Of a DNA stretch of 24,000 bases, positions 7,185-14,594 are shown piece by piece. The stretch is from assembly GCF_030296015.1 (NCBI RefSeq), contig NZ_AP027368.1, positions 3,496,839-3,520,838 on the forward strand, read 5' to 3'. The first letter of the stretch is position 1. The number at the start of each line of letters is the position of its first letter. Position numbers and translations under genes: made by a program. Under the pieces are notes generated by a model. The model made no database searches. It was not told the origin of the DNA and was given only the letters and a program-made list of their open reading frames with translations. This stretch comes from Ferrimonas sp. YFM (GTDB lineage Bacteria; Pseudomonadota; Gammaproteobacteria; Enterobacterales; Shewanellaceae).

Positions 7185-9137
7185 TTAGGCCGGGGATTTG
7201 CCCTTGGTTTTTCTGCCCTTAACGCTTCGGTTGCCTCTGCCTGAACTGCGGGCCCCCTTTCTGCCGCGCCGACTGGGGGCCGACACCCCTCGCAGGGACT
7301 CCGGCAGGTGCTGCCGGGCACCGGACACCAGCGCCTGAAGCTGTTCGGTCAAAGGACCCATAAACCCCTGATAACTGAGCTGACGCTCCCGTATCGACTC
7401 CAGTGCCGACTCCCAGCGGGCGGTCATATCCGGGGTGGTGGCACTCTCGGGCAAACTGGCGATCAGCGCCCTGCCCGCCTCCGTGGCCCGAATCTGCTTA
7501 CCCTGGCGGGTAAGGAACCCACGTTTGAACAGCAACTCGATGATGCCGGCCCGGGTGGCCTCGGTGCCCAGTCCATCGGTCTCCTTGAGGATGCTCTTGA
7601 GCGCCTTGTCGGTCACATGGGCGGCGATGTTGGTCATGGCCGCCAGCAAAGTGGCGTCGGTAAAGTGCTTAGGAGGCTGAGTCTGCTTCTCCACCACCTC
7701 GCCACGCTGGCAATGAAGAGACTGACCCTCACTCAGTTGAGGCAGATTGGCACTCTCCTCGTCATCACTCTTCTCCTTCTGGGGGAACAACGCCTTCCAG
7801 CCCATCTCCACCGGCACCTTGGCGGCGGCCCGGAACAGGCCGGTGCCTATGGTGACTTCCACCTTGGTTTCATCGAAACGGTAATCGGGGTAGAACTGCA
7901 GCAGATACTGGCGGGCAATCAGCTCATAGAGCTTTCTCTCGTCCGCAGAGAGGCCTCCGGCGCCGCGCTTGTCTGTGGGGATCACCGCATGGTGGGCATC
8001 CACCTTGGCGTCGTTCCACGCCTTGCCCCGTCGGCTGGTGTCCGCCCCCTCAACTGCCTGGGACAGGGCGTCGCTGTTGGCGGCGATGGCGGCGGTGACC
8101 CGGGGAGCGTCCCCATGCTGCTGACTGGGCAGGTGACGGCTGTCGGACCTGGGGTAGGTGATAAGCTGGTGCCGCTCATACAAGGCCTGAGCCAGGTCCA
8201 GCACCCGTTGGGCACTGAAGCCAAAGCGTTTGGCCGCATCGATCTGCAGGGCGGACAGGTTGTAGGGCAACGGTGCCCCCTGACTCTTGCGCTTTTTCGA
8301 CAACGAGGAAACGCTGCCGGGCTGGTCGGTGATGCGCCCGGCCACATTCTCCGCCAGTCCCCGTGCCAGCACCCTGCCCTCCTCATCCATGTAGGGTTTG
8401 CACGCCTCACTGGGTACCCATTTGGCGGTGAACGCCTCGCCCGCCTCGGTAGTGAGATGAGCCAGCACTTCATAAAAGGGCTTGGAAACGAAAGACTCGA
8501 TGGCCAGATCCCGGCGCACCACCAGCCCCAGCAGGGGCGTCTGCACCCGCCCTACGGAGAGCACACCTGAGTAGTTCACCTTGCGCCCCTGCAGGGTGTA
8601 GGCCCGGGTCAGGTTGATGCCATAGAGCCAGTCGGCCCGGGAGCGGGCCAGGGCGGAGACCGACAGGGAAACAAAGTCGCGATTGCTGCGCAGTTGCCCC
8701 AGGGCCCGGGTGACCGCCGCCGGGGTCAGGTCGCTGACCAGCAGTCGTTTCATCCCCTGGCGCTTGGTTTGAGCCACTTTGCAGTGGTGCACCACCTCAT
8801 CCACCAGCAGCTGCCCCTCCCGATCCGGATCGCCGGCGTGCACCAGCTCATCTGCTTGTTTCATCAGCTTGCGCAACACCGTCAGCTGCTTATGACACCC
8901 TTTTCGGGTCTTGAGCTGCCAGTCGGCGGGAACGATGGGCAGGTGTTGTTCCTGCCAGGAGCGCCAGCTTTCGTCATAATCACCGGGCTCTGCCTGCTCC
9001 AGCAGGTGACCGACACACCAACTGACACAATCGCCATTGCCCAGCTCAATGTAGCCCTCATGCTTCTTATGGGGCTTGGGCAGCACGGCGGCGATGGCCC
9101 GCCCCAGGCTGGGTTTTTCGGCGATGTAGAGTCTCAT
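7185..9137 (-). CDS. topB: DNA topoisomerase III
   Basis: The N-terminus MRLYIAEKPSLGRAIAAVLPKPHKK...CVGHLLEQAEP...HAGDPDREGQLLVDEV is close to E. coli TopB. There is a basic C-terminal tail. I prefer ATG 9137 over the ORF-track GTG at 9146. Confidence 0.9.
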   Translation of the reverse strand: MRLYIAEKPSLGRAIAAVLPKPHKKHEGYIELGNGDCVSWCVGHLLEQAEPGDYDESWRSWQEQHLPIVPADWQLKTRKGCHKQLTVLRKLMKQADELVHAGDPDREGQLLVDEVVHHCKVAQTKRQGMKRLLVSDLTPAAVTRALGQLRSNRDFVSLSVSALARSRADWLYGINLTRAYTLQGRKVNYSGVLSVGRVQTPLLGLVVRRDLAIESFVSKPFYEVLAHLTTEAGEAFTAKWVPSEACKPYMDEEGRVLARGLAENVAGRITDQPGSVSSLSKKRKSQGAPLPYNLSALQIDAAKRFGFSAQRVLDLAQALYERHQLITYPRSDSRHLPSQQHGDAPRVTAAIAANSDALSQAVEGADTSRRGKAWNDAKVDAHHAVIPTDKRGAGGLSADERKLYELIARQYLLQFYPDYRFDETKVEVTIGTGLFRAAAKVPVEMGWKALFPQKEKSDDEESANLPQLSEGQSLHCQRGEVVEKQTQPPKHFTDATLLAAMTNIAAHVTDKALKSILKETDGLGTEATRAGIIELLFKRGFLTRQGKQIRATEAGRALIASLPESATTPDMTARWESALESIRERQLSYQGFMGPLTEQLQALVSGARQHLPESLRGVSAPSRRGRKGARSSGRGNRSVKGRKTKGKSPA

Positions 9138-9147
9138 GGCGCTCACT

Positions 9148-9167
9148 CACTGTATAGATAAACAGTA
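9148..9167. promoter_or_regulatory. LexA (SOS) box, CTGT-N8-ACAG type, immediately upstream of topB
   Basis: The site reads CACTGTATAGATAAACAGTA. CTGT is at 9150-9153, an 8-nt AT-rich spacer follows, and ACAG is at 9162-9165. It matches the gammaproteobacterial consensus TACTGTATATATATACAGTA at 17 of 20 positions. Confidence 0.6.
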
Positions 9168-9208
9168 GTGTAGCGAAAGCGGGCCCCGGTGTGAACCGGG
9201 GAGAGGGA

Positions 9209-9967
9209 TCAGCTCAGGCGACGAATCTGCAGGTTGGCGTCCAGACACTTCTTGCAGGAGAGTTTGCTCTTGATGCCCCGGGCGATGTACTCGGAGACCA
9301 TGCTGTCCAGAGTTTCGTACTGCTCCCGGGTAGCGGGCTGTGTCCAGTTGAAGGCGTTGACTATGGTCAGTATCCCCTCCATCTGAGCCTGACTCCGCTG
9401 GGCTTCGACCAGCTTCTCAATCAGCTTGCTCTCGTAGGCGGTGGACTGACCGTAGAGCTGGAAGTAGATCATCTGTGCCAGCAGGAGCAGGCGTTCATCG
9501 CTCTCCTCCAGTACCCCGGAATCCCTGGCCTCGACGGCGAGCATGTGGATCAGATCGAAGAACCGATTGCACCTGAGCTTGAACCTGTCCACCTTTTCGC
9601 AACTGGCCAGCGGCCACACCTTGGAGTTCACCGACACCGCCCGAAGAGACATAAAACTGCTGCTCTTCATCACCGTCTGGTAGGTGGTGACTATGGGCAC
9701 CAGGAAACGCTCCTGAGGGGTAAGCTCAGGGTGAGTATCGAGAATATCCGGAATGTTGTTGGAGGTGGCACTGCGCAAAAACAGACACAGCAACACATCC
9801 TCCTTACTTTCGAAGAACTTGTAGACCGAACCCGTTGAGGTATTGGCCACCTTGGCAATATCGGAGAACTTGAAAGAAATAATTCCCTGTTCTTCAATTA
9901 GTTGCTCAGCTGCATCCAACAATATCTGGCATTTGTTTTCCGCCTGGGGGGTGTTGGGGCATTGCAT
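9209..9967 (-). CDS. TetR/AcrR-family transcriptional regulator
   Basis: The N-terminal HTH reads ILLDAAEQLIEEQGIISFKFSDIAKVANTSTGSVYKFFESKEDVL. It is transcribed divergently from module 1. Confidence 0.85.
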   Translation of the reverse strand: MQCPNTPQAENKCQILLDAAEQLIEEQGIISFKFSDIAKVANTSTGSVYKFFESKEDVLLCLFLRSATSNNIPDILDTHPELTPQERFLVPIVTTYQTVMKSSSFMSLRAVSVNSKVWPLASCEKVDRFKLRCNRFFDLIHMLAVEARDSGVLEESDERLLLLAQMIYFQLYGQSTAYESKLIEKLVEAQRSQAQMEGILTIVNAFNWTQPATREQYETLDSMVSEYIARGIKSKLSCKKCLDANLQIRRLS

Positions 9968-10326
9968 ATTTTATTTCTTCTACAGACCCATTTTCGCAAA
10001 CGTTACCTTTTCAACAGAATTTTTGTTGTGACTGTCTTCAACAATCAAGCTAACCCAGGTCAGTTTTTGAATTTAGCTCATTAATATTTGCCTATCTCGG
10101 TCACAGAGAAAATTTGTTCAGGATCTGGATCATGAAACAAATTTTCAGCCCAAAACCGATGTGAGTCAGCTCTCAATTTCCCGCCTTCTCCCTCTTCATA
10201 GTGAACCTCAATCGCAAGCAGGCTCCAGTATCCTCGCTGACTTCCATTTTTAAGAGGCAAGGAAAATTCGGTGCCCCCTTGCTGGCGCGATTCAACCCGT
10301 TCGCCATTCCAACAGGTGAGAAAACT

Positions 10327-11850
10327 ATGACAACCGACATCAATAAACGCAGCACGCTGAAAATGCTGGGTGCCATGACCCTGACCGGCGCCGCTGCCCC
10401 ATTCGCTGCACAGGCCGGCTCCTGTGACCACTCCAAGGTCCAGTGGGACGACACCTATGAGGTGATCTGCGTAGGGTCCGGCTTTACCGGGCTGGCCGCC
10501 GCCATCGAAGCCAAACGCAAGGGCGCCCGCTCGGTACTGGTGATTGAGAAGATGCCCTATTGCGGCGGCAATGGCGTCATCAACGCAGGTCAGGCCTGCT
10601 TCGCCGACACTCCGCTGCAGAAAAAGCTGGGCATCAAGGACTCCGCAGAGCTGATGGTCAATGACCAGCTCAAGGCAGGGCGCGGCATCGCCAGCCGCGA
10701 GCTGCTGGAGCACAACGCCAAGCTGGGGCCTTACGCCTTCCAGATGACCAAGGAGTGCGGTGCCGTTTACCTAGATTTCTGCCAACAGCCCGGCGGTCAC
10801 TCAGCCCCTCGCAGCCACCAGGTGGTGGAACGCTCAGGAGCTGGCATCATCCGTCCCATGCTGGCTGAATGTGAGCGTCAGGGCATCACGGTGCTGACCC
10901 GCACCAAGTTTGACGATCTGCTGTTCGATGACGCAGGCCATGTCATCGGTGTCCAGGTCACCAAGGGGCACTACCATGACCGCCCTGCCCTGGGTAAGCC
11001 TGCCAAGCTGCGTGCCGCTAAGGGCGTGGTGATGGCTACCGGCGGCTTTACTCAGAACATCCGTCTGCGCATGGCTCAGGACCCCACCCTGACCGAAGAG
11101 GTGGTCTCCACCAATGCCCCCGGCGCCACCGGCGATGGCCTGGTCGCCATGATGAAGGCGGGGGCCAACCCGGTTCACCTGGCCCACATTCAGTCCGGTC
11201 CCTGGGCCTCCCCGGATGAAGGCGGTTTTGGCTACGCGCCCAATTACGCCATCTTCAACTTCCCCCACTCCATCGCCATCGACCTGATGACCGGCCGCCG
11301 CTTTATGAGCGAACTGGCAGACCGAAAAACCCGGGCCGATGCCGAGCTGCAGCGCCGTGATGCCAAAGGCAACCCTCTGCCAGCGATTCTGCTGACCTCC
11401 AAGAAGCACTCCAGCCAAAACCAGCACAGCCTGGATAACGTGCTGGAAGCCAAGGTGGGGTGGGAATTTGACTCGCTGGAAGCCGTTGCCAAGCACTTCG
11501 ACATCCCTCTGGAGCCTCTTAAGGCCCAGGTGAAGGAGTGGAACGGCTATGTGTCTGCAGGCAAGGACACCCAGTTCGGCAAGCCGATGAACCTGACCAA
11601 GGGTAAGGAGATGTCAGCCCCCTACACCGTTATTCGTCTCTGGCCCAAGGTGCATTACTGCATGGGCGGCGTTCAGATCAACACCAAAGCCGAGGTGATC
11701 GCCGCGGCCTCCGGCGAGCCCATTCCCGGTCTGTACGCCGGCGGCGAAGTTGCCGGTGGCGTGCACGGCGTCAGCCGCCTGGGTGGCTGCTCCATTCCCG
11801 ACTGCCTGGCCATGGGTATCACCGCGGCCCGCTCCATCATGACTGCGTGA
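10327..11850 (+). CDS. Periplasmic FAD-dependent enoate (fumarate/urocanate/acrylate-type) reductase flavoprotein, flavocytochrome c flavin subunit (module 1)
   Basis: The dinucleotide fold is YEVICVGSGFTGLAAA. The family motifs VHYCMGGVQINTKAEV and GLYAGGEVAGGVHGVSRLGGCS correspond to HHTMGG and GANRLGG of Shewanella Fcc3 (from memory). I place the start at ATG 10327 (AGGTGAG upstream), giving MTTDINKRSTLKMLGAMTLTGAAAPFAAQA, a Tat-like KR signal. Confidence 0.8.
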   Translation: MTTDINKRSTLKMLGAMTLTGAAAPFAAQAGSCDHSKVQWDDTYEVICVGSGFTGLAAAIEAKRKGARSVLVIEKMPYCGGNGVINAGQACFADTPLQKKLGIKDSAELMVNDQLKAGRGIASRELLEHNAKLGPYAFQMTKECGAVYLDFCQQPGGHSAPRSHQVVERSGAGIIRPMLAECERQGITVLTRTKFDDLLFDDAGHVIGVQVTKGHYHDRPALGKPAKLRAAKGVVMATGGFTQNIRLRMAQDPTLTEEVVSTNAPGATGDGLVAMMKAGANPVHLAHIQSGPWASPDEGGFGYAPNYAIFNFPHSIAIDLMTGRRFMSELADRKTRADAELQRRDAKGNPLPAILLTSKKHSSQNQHSLDNVLEAKVGWEFDSLEAVAKHFDIPLEPLKAQVKEWNGYVSAGKDTQFGKPMNLTKGKEMSAPYTVIRLWPKVHYCMGGVQINTKAEVIAAASGEPIPGLYAGGEVAGGVHGVSRLGGCSIPDCLAMGITAARSIMTA

Positions 11851-11858
11851 GGTACTCC

Positions 11859-12233
11859 ATGAAACTGAAAACGACTCTGGCCATCGCCTTGGCCTTCTCC
11901 ATGCTGGGCGGTGCCCAGGCGGCGACCCTGACCAAGATGGGCGCCAAACAGGGCCGCAGCTTCCATGAATTCAACTACGAGGACGGCTGCAAGAGCTGCC
12001 ACGATCAGGGGATGCGCAAGCCTCCCTCAGATCAGAGCTGTCAGCAGTGCCATGACTTACCAGAACTGATTGAGGCCACTGCCAACAAGGAGAAGCAGTG
12101 GAAAAACCCTCACAACAACATGCACTACGGTGACAAGGTCCCTTGTATCGAGTGCCACGGCGAGCACAAATCCAAAAAGCCCTTGTGCAGTAACTGCCAT
12201 AACTTTGATTTCAAAAACTTTAATGAAAACTAA
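11859..12233 (+). CDS. Small periplasmic tetraheme cytochrome c (module 1)
   Basis: There are four CXXCH motifs (CKSCH, CQQCH, CIECH, CSNCH) in about 100 mature residues. The signal peptide is MKLKTTLAIALAFSMLGGAQA. GAGG lies 5 nt upstream, and the start is 8 nt after the flavoprotein stop. Confidence 0.9.
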   Translation: MKLKTTLAIALAFSMLGGAQAATLTKMGAKQGRSFHEFNYEDGCKSCHDQGMRKPPSDQSCQQCHDLPELIEATANKEKQWKNPHNNMHYGDKVPCIECHGEHKSKKPLCSNCHNFDFKNFNEN

Positions 12234-12245
12234 GTTATAACTTCT

Positions 12246-12278
12246 AAAAAGGCTCCGCAACGGAGCCTTTTTTGTTTT
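12246..12278 (+). terminator. Rho-independent terminator after the module-1 cytochrome gene
   Basis: The sequence is AAAAAGGCTCCG-CAA-CGGAGCCTTTTTTGTTTT (stem 12251-12257 / 12261-12267). Confidence 0.85.
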
Positions 12279-12595
12279 CACCTTTCCTAATAAATGCGCT
12301 CACACCAGTTTGATTGACCAAAATTGAATCAGCATCAAGAAATAAACTAAGCATCATTAAACCCCCAGTTTCTGCTCAAAGCCCACCCCGCACAAAAGCG
12401 CAATAAAACACCACGAAGATCACGAACTTTCAGACTGCCCGGCGAACTTATTCACCCGCAAATCTCACTTTTGAGTCCTTTACGAGGCGGATCATGAAAC
12501 TTTGTTTCTACCAAAAACCAACGTGATCCACTGCGCATTTTATTTACCCCTGCGGCTGAATAATGTCCCTGTCCAAAACAAACACCAAGGAAAAG

Positions 12596-13312
12596 ATGAT
12601 GAAAAAAACTATTGCAGTTGCCGTTTCCTCTATATTTTTGGCTACTCCATTTATTGCCAATGCCAAGGACCATTCTCCTATTCCAACTCCTCTGGTCAGC
12701 TCCACACACGCCCCTGTTTGGGAAATTCCAGAGGAGTGTCGCGATCCTCTGGCTGAGAAATACATCGCCGGTCTGGAGTCCGGTAAATACACCCTGGCCA
12801 ACATCCCTGCCGATGACACCATCGCCAAAGACAAGCGCCACTGGCTGACCTTCGATGAGAGCGGCAAGAACGTGGTTGAGTGTAAAGATGGCGACATCAA
12901 GAACTCTCCCTCCAACTACTGCTGGAAAGAGCTGTCTGACGCCCCCTCCGTCATGGGTATTGTGTCCATGGGCAAAACCGACCACGCCCCTCACTACCAC
13001 CCTCAGGGCGAGTGCTACTACATCGCCAGCGGTAAGACCGAGACCCTGGCTCAGAACCAGATGCAGTCCATCGAGAAGGGGCAGTACTTCTGGATCAACG
13101 ACTACGCCATCCACAACATCCCCAACCTGAACAGCGAAAAGCTGACCATCTTCTACTGGTACCCAGGTGACGCCAACTGGGGCAGCTTCAAGTACCGCTG
13201 GATCGATGACGTGAAGAACCACCAGCCTGCGGAAGCCGCGTTCCACAAGGTGGATGAAATTCGTAAAGCGGCCTGGGGCTACGGCCCATACGGCACCAAC
13301 GAAGAGAAGTAA
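12596..13312 (+). CDS. Periplasmic cupin-domain protein with a cupin DMSP-lyase-like metal/catalytic motif (module 1)
   Basis: The signal peptide is MMKKTIAVAVSSIFLATPFIANA|KD. Cupin motif 1 is GKTDHAPHYHPQGECYYIASG and motif 2 ends in ..YAIHN. In ORF-track numbering the pattern is H144-x-H146-x3-E150-x-Y152 and H184 (E+34). AAGGAAAAG precedes the ATGATG, so the start is 12596 or 12599. Confidence 0.75.
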   Translation: MMKKTIAVAVSSIFLATPFIANAKDHSPIPTPLVSSTHAPVWEIPEECRDPLAEKYIAGLESGKYTLANIPADDTIAKDKRHWLTFDESGKNVVECKDGDIKNSPSNYCWKELSDAPSVMGIVSMGKTDHAPHYHPQGECYYIASGKTETLAQNQMQSIEKGQYFWINDYAIHNIPNLNSEKLTIFYWYPGDANWGSFKYRWIDDVKNHQPAEAAFHKVDEIRKAAWGYGPYGTNEEK

Positions 13313-13324
13313 AACAGGGGTTTC

Positions 13325-14458
13325 ATGACAATGTTTAAACGTACTCAAACAGCACTGGTGATCACCGCTCTGTTGGCCGGTGCCTCCAGCATGGCCGTTC
13401 AGGCCGAAGATGGCATCGACTTCGGTGGCGCAGTGCGCGTTAACTACGGCCTGAAGATGTACAGCGACGCCTCCAAGGATAAGGGCGGCGACCTGAACTT
13501 CGACATTCTGGCGCTGAAGTTTAACGGCAAGAAGGGCGACTGGGGTCTGGCGGCAGAGTACCGCTTCAACTCCTCCACCAACTTCATCAAGTACGGCTAT
13601 GCCTACTATGATATGGCGCCGGAGTGGCAGCTGCAGTTTGGTGTGACCAAGGTACCCTTCGGCAACCCAGGCTTTATCTCCAACAGCTGGTGGTTTGGCC
13701 TGCCTTACTACCTGGGCTTTGAAGATGACTACGACGTAGGCGCCAAGGCCGTCTACAACAGTGGCGCCTGGCAGACCGACATCGCCTTCTTCAAAAACGG
13801 CGAGTACAGCTCCAGCAACAACAAGGCTTACACCCCTGACCTGTTCAGCGGCATGGTCAACGGCACCCAGTACAACAACGAAGAGATCAACCAAATTAAC
13901 CTTCGCCAGGTCTACACCTACAATGAGGGTGACCTGACGGTTAAGGCGGGTGGCTCCGCTGAGTTTGGCCAGATCTACAACAGCAAGACCACAGACACCG
14001 GTGACCGCTACGGTGTGGCTGTCCACCTGGACGCCACCTACCAGGGATGGAATCTGCAGCTGCAAGCGATGCAGTACGAGTTCGATGCAGAGAACCCTGC
14101 CGGCATGGATGGCAACAAGATCGGTGTCGCCGGTGCCGGATGGCAGTGGGAAGTGGCCTCCAAGGGGCAGATCTACTCCCTGAACATTGCCAAGACCATC
14201 CCCACCAGCTTCGGCAGCATCAAGGTCTACAACGACTTTGGCATGCTGACACCGGACGTGGATGACGCCAGCTTTGATGACAGCTTCCAGAACGTGACCG
14301 GTATGGCCATCGCCGCGGGTCCCATCTACATCATGGCGGACTTCATCCAGGGCAAGAACATGACCTTCTCCACCGAGTTGGACGATCATGTTGGCCTGCC
14401 CCAGGCTGGCGACAGCTGGGATCAACGCATCAACATCAACCTGGGTTACTACTTCTAA
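13325..14458 (+). CDS. Predicted outer-membrane beta-barrel porin (module 1 paralogue)
   Basis: The signal peptide is MTMFKRTQTALVITALLAGASSMAVQA|ED. The sequence is rich in alternating aromatic, Gly, Asn and Asp residues and ends in NINLGYYF, as is typical of OM barrels. It starts 13 nt after the cupin stop. It is a paralogue of 20155-21279. Confidence 0.7.
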   Translation: MTMFKRTQTALVITALLAGASSMAVQAEDGIDFGGAVRVNYGLKMYSDASKDKGGDLNFDILALKFNGKKGDWGLAAEYRFNSSTNFIKYGYAYYDMAPEWQLQFGVTKVPFGNPGFISNSWWFGLPYYLGFEDDYDVGAKAVYNSGAWQTDIAFFKNGEYSSSNNKAYTPDLFSGMVNGTQYNNEEINQINLRQVYTYNEGDLTVKAGGSAEFGQIYNSKTTDTGDRYGVAVHLDATYQGWNLQLQAMQYEFDAENPAGMDGNKIGVAGAGWQWEVASKGQIYSLNIAKTIPTSFGSIKVYNDFGMLTPDVDDASFDDSFQNVTGMAIAAGPIYIMADFIQGKNMTFSTELDDHVGLPQAGDSWDQRININLGYYF

Positions 14459-14527
14459 CCCCTTGGGCACCGGGGTGACTGACACCACCCCGGTCCTATT
14501 TATCTATGTGTTTTCATTCCTGACCTT

Positions 14528-14553
14528 GCCGGCTGACATCAGCCGGCTTTTTT
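14528..14553 (+). terminator. Rho-independent terminator after porin 1
   Basis: The sequence is GCCGGCTG-ACAT-CAGCCGGC followed by TTTTTTAT. The identical sequence recurs after porin 2. Confidence 0.8.
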
Positions 14554-14561
14554 ATGGGCAC

Positions 14562-14590
14562 AAAAAACCCCGCCGAGGCGGGGATTTGGC
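14562..14590 (-). terminator. Terminator hairpin for the minus-strand LysR gene (bidirectional A/T flanks)
   Basis: The plus strand reads AAAAAACCCCGCCGAGGCGGGGATTT. On the minus strand the GC stem is followed by TTTTTTG, and it lies 5 nt beyond the LysR stop. Confidence 0.7.
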
Positions 14591-14594
14591 CAAC

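Noticed and set aside
10201-10326. The 42-codon N-terminal extension of the module-1 flavoprotein in the ORF track (MNLNRKQAPVSS...).
   Set aside because: The extension starts at a non-ATG codon inside the promoter region and would bury the Tat-like signal peptide. ATG 10327 has an AGGTGAG Shine-Dalgarno sequence and gives a proper N-terminal signal.
12452-14488. A 678-aa minus-strand ORF spanning the cupin and porin genes.
   Set aside because: It is an antisense shadow of two well-supported plus-strand genes that have signal peptides, cupin motifs and an OM-barrel C-terminus. Its translation is low-complexity (Val/Gly/Ala/Leu/Asp-rich) with no recognisable motif or RBS. Long stop-free antisense frames are expected in GC-rich coding DNA.
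14469-14494. A 9-bp hairpin ACCGGGGTG/CACCCCGGT directly after the porin-1 stop, considered as a terminator.
   Set aside because: It is not followed by a T-run, and a canonical terminator lies 35 nt further downstream (14528-14553). It has no counterpart after porin 2. It may stabilise the mRNA 3' end, but I cannot support a specific call.
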